From positions 186,001 to 250,000 of the forward strand of contig NIVC01000432.1 in the NCBI GenBank assembly GCA_002269645.1: DNA of 64,000 bases, written 5' to 3'. Source of the stretch: Macrostomum lignano. Its lineage: Eukaryota. The number at the start of each line of letters is the position of its first letter. Within the stretch, counting starts at the first letter, position 1. Below, piece by piece: positions 1-10,585 of the stretch. The position numbers and the translations under genes were made by a program. The notes under the pieces are model-generated. The model ran no database searches. It saw nothing but the letters and a program-made list of their open reading frames with translations, and was not told where the DNA came from.

Positions 1-718
1 AGCTCTATCACTCTTCCATAGCTACCACATCAAAGCTCTATCACTCTTCCATAGCTACCACATCAAAGCTCTATCACTCTTCCATAGCTACCACATCAAA
101 GCTCTATCACTCTTCCATAGCTACCACATCAAAGCTCTATCACTCTTCCATAGCTACCACATCAAAGCTCTATCACTCTTTCATAGCTACCACAGCAAAG
201 CTCTATCACTCTTCCATAGCTACCACATCAAAGCTCTATCACTCTTCCATAGCTACCACAGCAAAGCTCTATCACTCTTCCATAGCTACTACATCAAAGC
301 TCTATCACTCTTCCATAGCTACCACATCAAAGCTCTATCACTCTTCCATAGCTACCACATCAAAGCTCTATCACTCTTCCATAGCTACCACATCAAAGCT
401 CTATCACTCTTCCATAGCTACCACATCAAAGCTCTATCACTCTTCCATAGCTACCACATCAAAGCTCTATCACTCTTCCATAGCTACCACAGCAAAGCTC
501 TATCACTCTTCCATAGCTACCACAGCAAAGCTCTATCACTCTTTCATAGCTACCACAGCAAAGCTCTATCACTCTTCCATAGCTACCACAGCAAAGCTCT
601 ATCACTCTTCCATAGCTACCACAGCAAAGCTCTATCACTCTTCCATAGCTACCACAGCAAAGCTCTATCACTCTTCCATAGCTACCACAGCAAAGCTCTA
701 TCACTCTTCCATAGCTAC
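1..718. repeat. 33-bp intronic minisatellite (agctctatcactcttccatagctaccacatcaa), about 21 copies, runs off the window start
   Basis: Near-identical tandem units end about 20 nt before the acceptor at 739-740. Confidence 0.97.
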
Positions 719-740
719 CTCGCCCCGCCCCGCTCTCCAG

Positions 741-1685
741 GTGAACGTGCCCAACCTGACGGAGATCCAGTCCCGCCTAGCCTACGTGTCCTGCGTGCGC
801 CAGCTCGAGAGCGTCAAATCCGACGGCATCTGCGAGTACATGCGCCCTCCGATCGAAGCCTACGGCACTCTGCAGTTCGGCTCATTCGACGAAATCAACA
901 ACGTCGGCTACCGGTACTGCCTGGATCAGATCGAGCGCTGGGCCCGCGCCAAGAAGCTGCCAGTGTTGAAACGCCAGGTTGCCCAGGAGGTAGCCGACGT
1001 GCTGATGGCTGGCGGGCGGGAGGACGCCTCGCTGCGGTTCACCGACCTGGCCGAGATGGTCTGCCGGATCGACCGGCCTGCGGGAGCCGCCGCCGCCGCC
1101 GCCGCCGGAGCCGCCGACGACAGCCCCGCTGGCCGCCGTTTTGCCAATTTTGTCGACTTCAACGACGACGACGATTTCGACAGCTACTGGTCCGGCGAGA
1201 ATTTCGACGACGACGACGACGACGACTACGAAGAAGACTCCGATGATGATGACGGGGTCCACGGCAAAGCGGCCTGCTGGTCTGACGACGACTTCCTGCT
1301 GGAGGAGGACAGCGACACGGAGGCCGACGCCGCGGCCGCTGCCGCTTCATCTGACGGCGGCGTCCGTGGCGGAGGTGCCAAAAGATCTCAAGGCGGCGGG
1401 CCTGCCGCTGATGGCAGCGGCGCCGAAGCCGGCGGCGGCCTGAGCCGGCGGACTAAGCGACATCATTCCGATCCGGAGCTGTTCGGAGCCGACGTGGTTG
1501 CCGCCGCCGCCGCTGCAGCTGCCGCTGCTGTCGCTGCCGAAGGCTACGCCGGTGAAAATCGATTATTGTCGTCCGAAGCTCCGCCGGCTGGCCAGGGTGT
1601 TCGCCGACGCCGTCGTCTGCCGCGGCATCGACGTGAGCAGCAGCAGCAGGAGAAGCGGGTGAAATTCGCTGAGCAGCAGCAGTGA
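741..1685 (+). CDS. sws: Terminal exon of a neuropathy target esterase / swiss cheese (PNPLA6/7) patatin-like phospholipase
   Basis: Acceptor ctctccAG|GTG at 740/741. VPNLTEIQSRLAYVSCVRQLE..CEYMRPPI and FTDLAEMVCRI match the conserved NTE C-terminal motifs (EIQSRLAYVSCVRQLE, FTDLAE). Stop TGA at 1683-1685. Upstream exons lie outside the window. Confidence 0.9.
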   Translation: MNVPNLTEIQSRLAYVSCVRQLESVKSDGICEYMRPPIEAYGTLQFGSFDEINNVGYRYCLDQIERWARAKKLPVLKRQVAQEVADVLMAGGREDASLRFTDLAEMVCRIDRPAGAAAAAAAGAADDSPAGRRFANFVDFNDDDDFDSYWSGENFDDDDDDDYEEDSDDDDGVHGKAACWSDDDFLLEEDSDTEADAAAAAASSDGGVRGGGAKRSQGGGPAADGSGAEAGGGLSRRTKRHHSDPELFGADVVAAAAAAAAAAVAAEGYAGENRLLSSEAPPAGQGVRRRRRLPRHRREQQQQEKRVKFAEQQQ

Positions 1686-2354
1686 TGTTTTACAGGATAA
1701 TATCGCAATTCAAATTGGTGCGAGTTGCCGTTGACTTTTTTATAACAAATACTATATGTACATTCGCATAAACAGAGTTCATTTTTATTTTAGTTAAGTT
1801 TCGTTGTCAATAGCCTTTCCATCTACTAATAGTAGCTGTCTAGCTGCTTGCTTCTGTGTTTTTAGCAGTTTGATTTTTTATAGAAGTTAATCACAATATT
1901 AATTTTTTTAGAACACTAGTTGCCTAGGAATAGTTTTTTTGTTGTTGTCCGACGTTTTAAAGTAGCTTTAGATTTGATTTAATGAGTGCGCCCGTGTACA
2001 GTTTGACTCTGATTGTACAGCTGGTTTTGCGAGTGCCTTGCCCCGGGGTTTTTTCGGCTTCAGCTTTTTAGTTCAGCTTCTCCTCGTAAAATCTCTATTG
2101 CTCCATAAATTCATTTCTGCCGCTTTGTATTTTTTGCTCATAATGTTCGTAGCATACTACTGCTTATTTTGTTTATCTTACTCTGCAGTAGTAAATATAT
2201 AGAACCTAAAAAAGTTCAAAAAGGTCACATTTTGTTATACCGCATCTTTCCCGAGTCAAAAAACATTGAAAAGTTTCCCGTAATGAATTTAATTCGTGCT
2301 TTGCTTGAGCTGACGTTAGGTTAGGTTGCAGTAATGTGTTTCGCAAGGTGCTTA

Positions 2355-2515
2355 AAGATTAATTGATTGATTGATAAATTTATTGATTGATTTTTACTGA
2401 TTGTTTGATTGATTGATCGATCGATCGATTGATTTACAAACAATCGATTGATTGATTGATCGATTAATTGATTGATTGACTGATTGATGGATTGATTAAT
2501 TGATTGATCGATTGT
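2355..2515. repeat. (GATT/GATC)n tetranucleotide microsatellite
   Basis: Runs of gattgatt and gatcgatc between the convergent 3' ends of two genes. Confidence 0.85.
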
Positions 2516-2885
2516 TCTGCTCAGTCCTCAGTCCATAACTAGCGACTTGCTAAGCAGATGAAGATTTTAAATCTCCGCTGTTGCAAAGAAAGTAGAAAAT
2601 GAGGAAGCCTCAGTCGCAGCAATGTTTTTAAGTAAGAAAAAACCAATGGTTTGTCGAGTCGAGTTTTTTCGTGTCAAAAACTGCCCAGCCCAGCCCTGCG
2701 GTGGTACAGAAAATGAAAAAAATATGATGGCTCCTGCCGAGCCCAGTCAGTCCAATGACGATTGGCCGGCAATAAAAAACGATCAGTTCTTCACAAAAAG
2801 CAAACTGTATAGTCAGTCGAACAAAGGAGAGGATTGGGCTCGGGAGAAAAAATGCTCAGTATTGTTCCAGCTGCTGGCTGAAGGA

Positions 2886-5800
2886 TCATCGCGCGACGCT
2901 CTGTGTGAGCTGCACCGGCTGCAGGCCGCACTGCTTCACGTCCGTCACGTCCTGGTCTGTTAGACGAAACGTGAATAACGGGCTGACGCTGCACTCTTCG
3001 ATTGCTTTGACGGTGTATCGGCACCACCGGCTGACGCTGAACTCCTGGCCAAGCTGGCAGGGCGAAGACCGCGCCTTGCCGCCAAGTCGGGGCTCCTCCA
3101 CAATCAGATAGCAGCTGGCGTTGCTGCCGTCCGAGTCGGCGTCGTTTGAAACATTTGACCTGCCAGCCTCGGATGGCAGCAGGCGGGCCTTCAGCTTGGC
3201 CAAATCAACGTCCAGGTGCAGGCAGATCCCGGCTTGGTACGTTGTTGCCGCGGTTGACGCGTCCAAGCCTTCGGACAGGCTGCTGGGATTGCGGCCGAGC
3301 CCGGAGTCGTCATGCCGACTGCTGCTTCGGCAGCCTACGCCAACGCCGCTGCCGACGCTGCCGCCGCACGAATAAGTCGACGCGTCGGCCGCCTCAAGAG
3401 CGGCATTGGTAGCCGCCGCCGCAGCCGCCGCAGAGACGGATGTAGCCGTGGAGCCGCGGCTGGTGGAGCGTAGGCCGGCCTGGCCAGAGCGGCGACTGAG
3501 CGGCCGGCTGCCGCTCGTGTGCAGAATTCGATAGCGAGTTCGGCTTCCGCCGATGCCAATGCCCAGTGGGCAGCAGAAGCTGCCGTCGGGCTGGCGCTGG
3601 AAGGGCGGCTGCAGCTCCAGGACGCTGTTGCTCGACAGCTGCTGCTGCTGCGCCGTGGCCGCATCGAGGCTGTTGTCATTGTTGCTGGCCATTGTCGAAC
3701 TAGCCGACGGTAGGTCGCGCTGCACAGTGACGTGGAGGCGAACGTCGCCGCCTTTGACCTCCTTGACGTAGAGGGACCGGCTGCGGACGGACAGCACGGA
3801 AGCTGGCAGCACACTGCGGTTGTCGGGATCCACCACGCTGATGAGGTAGTCGGACTCGTGGTCCAGGCTCACGCTTTCCATGGTGCGCATCGTCACCGGG
3901 TGGACGCTGCCCTCAAACACGATGGTGCGCGAGTCTGGGCGGGCCGTGCCGTCCTCGTGCCGGCCGAGCAGCTTCTCAACTCGGTAGATTTTGCGCTCCA
4001 AGCCGTTCACGGTGCCAATGATGAGGGTGTTTTGAACCGAATCAACGTCCAAAAAGAACTCGCCCAGCCAAGGCGTGTCGACGTCAATCGATTTTTCGTC
4101 GAATGTGACGTGGAGCACGAAGGTGGCACGTTGGTCGACCCGGCGTTCCATGAGGAAGTTCATGAACTTGGGCGCCAGGCGGGACTCCTGTACTCGAAGC
4201 ACCTTGCGCTCGGTGACGAGGTCCAGCAGCTCTAGAGGCTGGCCCATGTTAGGCAGCTTCACCATCAGGGTGTAGGGGGTGTCCCTGGCTGCGATCAGCT
4301 CGCAGCTGGCCTGCTCGTCCCCGGGTCGCAGAGACGCCGTCTGCAACTGCGGCTGGTCGCCCTCCTTGCGGCACAGCAGCTGAACGTCGATGTTGCGTTT
4401 CAACTGGTCGGGCTCCGGCAGGGTCACCGTCATGCGCTCCTTGCGCACCTGGTAGATGATGCGCATGTTTGGCAGGTACCTGCGCCAGGGCACGGATGGA
4501 AGGATGGAATTGATTTGTGCTGACTTTAGAGCACAGGCATGCTCAAGCGAGCCAATACTGTACTCAGGCTGTACTCATGCACACGCTCCCAGATCCCCGT
4601 GCTCACTTGCTAGTGGTATTTAAGCCGCTGGAATTGTCGAACCTGCGCAGCTTCATAGCAGATTTGGACGTCGCTGTAGCAACAGATTTAGTTTGCATCG
4701 GCCTCGTGAGCTGCTCCACATCGGCTTCAGCTTCGCCTTCGCCATCTCCGCAGCCGTCGCCTTCGCCCTGCGCCTCATCTTGGTACTGCTCCGCCTCCTG
4801 CTCCTCCAGCTGCTGGTCTTGCAGCTGTCGCTGCTGCTGCTGCTGTTGTTGTTGCTGTTGTTGTTGCTGTTGTTGCTGTTGTTGTCGATGACTTTCTCGC
4901 TGTCGCTGCTGCGGCGGTGGCGGCGGCGGTGCGGTAGCGATGGGGACTATGGAGACATCGGCGCAGGTTGCCGCGCCCTGGCTGCAGGTGCTCACCGTTG
5001 CGGACGCTTTGGCGCGCTGGAACCAGGTGGCGAACCAGCAGGCTAGGAGGCCGAGCTCTTTCACTTCAACGTCCTGCTCGTGCGGCGTCAGCGACAGCAG
5101 TGCGGTGGCCGGCTGCTGGTGACACTTTAGGCAGTACAGGTACTCGCTGTGCGGACTATAGGCTAGGCCAGGCCCCTGTAATTCAGGTAAGAGCAGCTTG
5201 CTTGCAGGAGCTGGGGTGCTGCTCAGGTAAGATAAGAGCAGCTCGTGTGCAGGAGCTGGGGTGCTGTTCAGGTAAGATAAGAGCAGCTTGTGTGCTGGAG
5301 CTGGGGTGCTGTTCAGGTAAGATAAGAGCAGCTTGCTTGCAGGAGCTGGGGTGCTGCTCAGGTAAGATAAGAGCAGCTCGTGTGCAGGAGCTGGGGTGCT
5401 GTTCAGGTAAGATAAGAGCAGCTTGTGTGCTGGAGCTGGGGTGCTGTTCAGGTAAGATAAGAGCAGCTTGTGTGCTGGAGCTGGGGTGCTGTTCAGATAA
5501 GAGCAGCTTGCGTGCAGGAGCTGGGGTGCTGTTCAGGTAAGAGCAGCTTGCGTGCAGGAGCTGGGGTGCTGTTCAGATAAGAGCAGCTTGCGTGCAGGAG
5601 CTGGGGTGCTGTTCAGGTAAGAGCAGCTTGCGTGCAGTATCTGGGGTGCTGTTCAGATAAGAGCAGCTTGCGTGCAGGAGCTGGAGTGCTGTTCAGGTAA
5701 GATAAGAGCAGCTTGTGTGCAGGATCTAAGATTAAGAAACTAAAACTTGAATTGAAAGGAAAGAGTTCAGCTAGAGAGGGAATTGGTAGGGCTACAAAAA

Positions 5801-6095
5801 TGCAGGCATGTAAAAAATGTGACTCACGTTCGGCTTGACAGCGCAGTCCCTGTACAGCACCCTTGGCCGGCACCTGCCACAGGCGATCTGCCTGCAGTTG
5901 GGTTGACAGCGCTCCCGGCCGTACAGCAGCACGTCAAAGCAGGCGGCTTCCTCGTAGCCGATCCCGGAGACGCCCAGCGGCATCAGCATCTTGTTTTCAA
6001 AGTCCACGTGCAGCCGGATCTCGCAAAAGTCCTGCGCCCATCTGGGGCACATCGAATGGTCCAGCATAGCTTTGGTCTCTTGGTTGCAATTGTCA
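2886..6095 (-). CDS. Uncharacterised multi-exon protein of about 780-790 aa: Cys-rich N-terminus, polyQ/acidic linker, beta-rich (possibly FN3-like) domains
   Basis: Phase-consistent exons 6095-5828 (donor AAC|GTGAGT), 5124-4607 (acceptor ctaaAG, donor AA|GTGAGC) and 4479-2886 (acceptor gcgcAG). GC-rich open frame throughout. The start is either ATG 6067 or an unidentified upstream exon. No family recognised. Confidence 0.75.
5183..5725. repeat. About 45-bp intronic minisatellite (caggtaagataagagcagcttgtgtgctggagctggggtgctgtt)
   Basis: About 12 units with 40-45 bp variants, inside intron 5827-5125. Confidence 0.95.
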
Positions 6096-6739
6096 CTTAG
6101 CAGTAAAAGTGAGGGCTCAATCTCGCTCTGCTCTACGCCCCAGTCTCTTTAAGACTCGATAGAGCTAAAAAGTGACACTGTACGCGAATAGCATAGATAG
6201 CGCTGCCCCAGCTTGCTCGGCGCGGCAGAGGTTCTGGCCATAGACAATTCCAACAGACAGACAGGGGCAGACTTGACTCAGCTGCTAAAATCGCCGCTTT
6301 CAATCAATGCTTCTAAATTTCACATTGAAATTCAGGTCCCCTACGAAATATAGCATGTGAAGTGGCAACAACCTCTTTACTCATTCAGGCTGAGCCAAAC
6401 TAAACATCTTAGATTAGATTTTTGGAGTCCGAGTGAGCGAAGGGCCGCGCGGTCTCACTTCAGTGGCCCCTCAAGGACTGCAATTGAGAAACAATTCTGA
6501 AAAAGAAACTTATTTAGAATGGAACAATAAAACGCGCTGTACATTATTCTGTGGATGAATTTGTGACACCCCGCTGACAGGTTAAATGAGTTTTCCTGTG
6601 CTGTTCTTTTTCTCTCTGCCAAGTTTTGTTTTTCTTTCTGCCGCTGGCTGCTTATTAAAAGCAGCAATTTTGACGCAAGGCTTGGCGAACCCTCAGGCTG
6701 CCTTTAGAACTCTTTAACCTTGCTTGAGGCAGTTCCGAC

Positions 6740-7658
6740 ATGCCAACGTCTGCCGCCGGTCGTCAGCTGTCAAGCCGAGCCGGCGGAGGCCGCAGCGGCA
6801 CCGGAAGTTGTCGCTCCGACGCCCGGCACCCGCCGATGGCTGAAGTTCGAGTCCGCGAGGCCAGCCTGCAGCAGCAGCAGCGGCTCTGTCAGGACAGGGT
6901 CAGACTGGACCGCGATCGTTCCACGTTCGACCGCGACTTCGAGAAACGCGAGCGTCGGGTACTGATGGAGCTGGCGAGGCTGCTGGACAGTCAGCTGACT
7001 CCCAGCATCGATGATTGGTTCGCTAAACGGCGGGTGCCGCAGGCGAGCCGGCAGGCCGGTTCCTGGTATTATCGGCGAGGCGGCGACTGCGGCGACCGCA
7101 GCTTCACGCCAGCTGGGGACGGCGAGGTCAGTGATCTGAAGGTGGATGACAGAGAGGAGGCTGCCGATCAGATGCTGGACAGGCAGCGCGTGTTAGAGAT
7201 GAAGAGCAAAGACTGGTGCGGCTTCACATCAATTCCGTCAAAAAAGTAAATAATACTGTACTTTTTGCTTGAAGTGATACTACTTACTCCTACATACTAC
7301 TACTTACTAATTCATTTTCACGAAATTCACGAAAATTTACCCAGGGGGCTGTCGTGCAATTCACACCATGAGGGCCAACCCCAGGTACACAGGGTGTACA
7401 TGCCAGACCCTGTGTGAGCGTGTGTACGGTTGCATTCTCAGGAGTCAGTGGAATTTGGCCTCTAATTATTCCAGACATCAGCCACATGAGCATCACCAGG
7501 GTCCGGGCGAGTCATCGAACACTGCACCTCCAGAGCTCGGCGGAGCGGCGCTCACCCCGAGGCAGCAGAGGCAGAAGCAACTGCAGCGGCATCACCATCA
7601 CAATCATCGAGTTCAGTCGGTTCCGTCCAGGCCGAAAACTGCCGGGGCTCGTTTTTGA
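6740..7658 (+). CDS. Hypothetical two-exon protein (about 229 aa), charged/coiled-coil-like N-terminal half and His/Gln-rich tail
   Basis: Exon 6740-7245 (donor AA|GTAAAT, phase 2) joins exon 7475-7658 (acceptor ttattccAG|A) in frame. GC-rich coding-like composition. No homology recognised. Confidence 0.55.
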
Positions 7659-7825
7659 ACTTTTTTTCAAGTTTGCTTTAACTTCCAGAAAGTAAATTTC
7701 TACTGTATTTGGCTGCACAAAAATATCTTTTTATGCCTTATTCAATTAAAAACATTTAGTACATCTACAAAGCTATCAGTACAAAAGCCACCATTTTTTA
7801 CTTTTTCTCTTTTACTTTGAAAGTC

Positions 7826-8308
7826 ATGGGAGAGTGAGCTCAAACATACACACAGGTGTGTGAATGGGAGAGTGAGCTCAAACATACACACAGGTGTGTA
7901 AATGGGAGAGTGAGCTCAAGCTCACACACAGGTGTGTGAATGGGAGAGTGAGATCAAACACACACACACAGGTGTGTGAATGGGACAGTGAGCTCAAGCA
8001 CACACACAGGTGTGTGAATGGGACAGTGAGCTCTAGCACACACACAGGTGTGTGAATGGGACAGTGAGCTCTAGCACACACACAGGTGTGTGAATGGGAC
8101 AGTGAGCTCTAGCACACACACAGGTATGTGAATGGGACAGTGAGCTCTAGCACACACACAGGTGTGTGAATGGGACAGTGAGCTCTAGCACACACACAGG
8201 TGTGTGAATGGGACAGTGAGCTCAAGCACACACACAGGTGTGTGAATGGGACAGTGAGCTCAAGCACACACACAGGTGTGTGAATGGGACAGTGAGCTCA
8301 AGCACACT
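7826..8308. repeat. 38-bp minisatellite (gggacagtgagctctagcacacacacaggtgtgtgaat), about 13 copies
   Basis: Tandem units; the same family recurs at 11090-11692. Confidence 0.95.
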
Positions 8309-8974
8309 GAGAAATTTATAAATACGAGGTTAGCAACAGAAATTGTATACTTCATAAACATAATAATAGATTCGAATTTCAAGTGATAAGCAATGGCTCG
8401 GTAATCTGAGTCACCAAGGTGTCGCATAGCACTGTACAGTCTATGCAAGTAATGTACTTTGCTACTTGGTTGGCCATGCCCACATTTTGGGCGTGGGTTG
8501 AACGAAGCAATAAGCTGAGCTCCTGTGCGCTCAAGGGAGGGAGAGGAGGGTAAGGAGGGTAGAGAAGCGGACTCTAGGTTGGGGTACAGTGTAACCCTAC
8601 CCAACTTCTCTCCTCTCTCTCTCTGACCTCGCCCTCTCTCCGCTCTCTCTAACCAGTTCTGTCCTGTTGAAGAGAGAGAGAGGGAAGGCACTCCTGCCGT
8701 ACATGCCTAGCATTGCAGCCCACAGAGAGAAATTAGAGACTAAGAGAGATCGGTGAGCTCCACCTTCGCACTTCGGACACTGTCGAGAAACTATTTTTCA
8801 TTTCGATTTTCAGTTTTCTATCTTATAAAAAACTTCTCCAAAACATTTTACAAAATTAACACGATTTGGTCTGAAAGGTAAGTTGGTATTAAACATTTCG
8901 TTTTGATTAGAATAGTTCACTTGATAGTTTAGTTTAATAACTGACTGAACCCGGAAGTGATTAGATTCTGAAGT

Positions 8975-10345
8975 GAAACCTTCACAATCTCACCTGACCC
9001 ATTCACAACCTAACCTGACCCATTCACAATCTCATCTGACCCATTCACAACCTAACCTGACCCATTCACAATCTAACCTGACCCATTCACAATCTCACCT
9101 GACCCATTCACAATCTAACCTGACCCATTCACAATCTAACCTGACCCATTCACAACCTAACCTGACCCATTCACAATCTAACCTTCACAACCTACTCTGA
9201 CCAATTCACAATCTAACCTGACCCATTCACAATCTAACCTGACCCATTCACAATCTCACCTGACCCATTCACAATCTAACCTGACCCATTCACAATCTCA
9301 CCTGACCCATTCACAACCTAACCTGACCCATTCACAATCTAACCTGACCCATTCACAATCTAACCTGACCCATTCACAATCTAACCTGACCCATTCACAA
9401 TCTAACCTGACCCATTCACAACCTAACCTGACCCATTCACAATCTAACCTTCACAACCTACTCTGACCAATTCACAATCTAACCTGACCCATTCACAATC
9501 TAACCTGACCCATTCACAATCTAACCTGACCCATTCACAACCTAACCAGACCCATTCACAATCTAACCTTCACAACCTACTCTGACCAATTCACAATCTA
9601 CTCTGACCCATTCACAATCTAACCTGACCCATTCACAACCTAACCTGACCCATTCACAATCTAACCTGACCAATTCACAATCTAACCTGACCCATTCACA
9701 ATCTCACCTGACCCATTCACAATCTAACCTGACCCATTCACAACCTAACCTGACCCATTCACAATCTAACCTGACCCATTCACAACCTCACCTGACCAAT
9801 TCACAATCTCACCTGACCAATTCACAATCTCACCTGATCAATTCACAATCTCACCTGATCAATTCACAATCTCACCTGATCAATTCACAATCTCACCTGG
9901 TTCATTCACAATCTCACCTGACCCATTCACAACCTAACTTGACCCATTCACAACCGAAACTGACCCCGTTCACAACCTAACCAGACCCATTCACAACCTA
10001 ACCTACCCCATTCACAATCTCACCTGACCCATTCACAATCTCACCTGACCCATTCACAATCTCACCTGACCCATTCACAACCTACCTAACCCATTCACAA
10101 CCCACCTGACCCATTCACAACCTACCTAACCCATTCACAACCTACCTAACCTATTCACAACCTCACCTAATCTATTCACAATCTCACCTGACCCATTCAC
10201 AACCTACCTAACCCATTCACAACCCACCTTACCCATTCACAACCTACCTGACCCATTCACAACCTACCTAACCCATTCACAACCTACCTAACCCATTCAC
10301 AACCTCACCTAATCTATTCAAAATCTCACCTGACCCATTCACAAA
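8975..10345. repeat. 21-bp minisatellite (acctgacccattcacaatcta), about 65 copies, degenerating at the 3' end
   Basis: Direct reading; 7-aa periodicity in the spurious ORF at 8973. Confidence 0.97.
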
Positions 10346-10585
10346 ATAAGCTGGACAATGTCTACCCTATCTAATTTTTGAAAGTGCAAAAAACCCAGCA
10401 TAGAAGATAATTTTCTAACAAATCCCCATTCTTGGAACCCCATTCAGCCCCAGAAACGGTCAGTAAAAACGGAATCGTCAAAAGCAAAGGCAGCAAGAGC
10501 GAGGCAAGGCGCCACAGTCAGCCACATCAGCAACAACAACAGCATCAACAACAACAACAACAAGGAAGATTCAAAAGTCTCCGCC

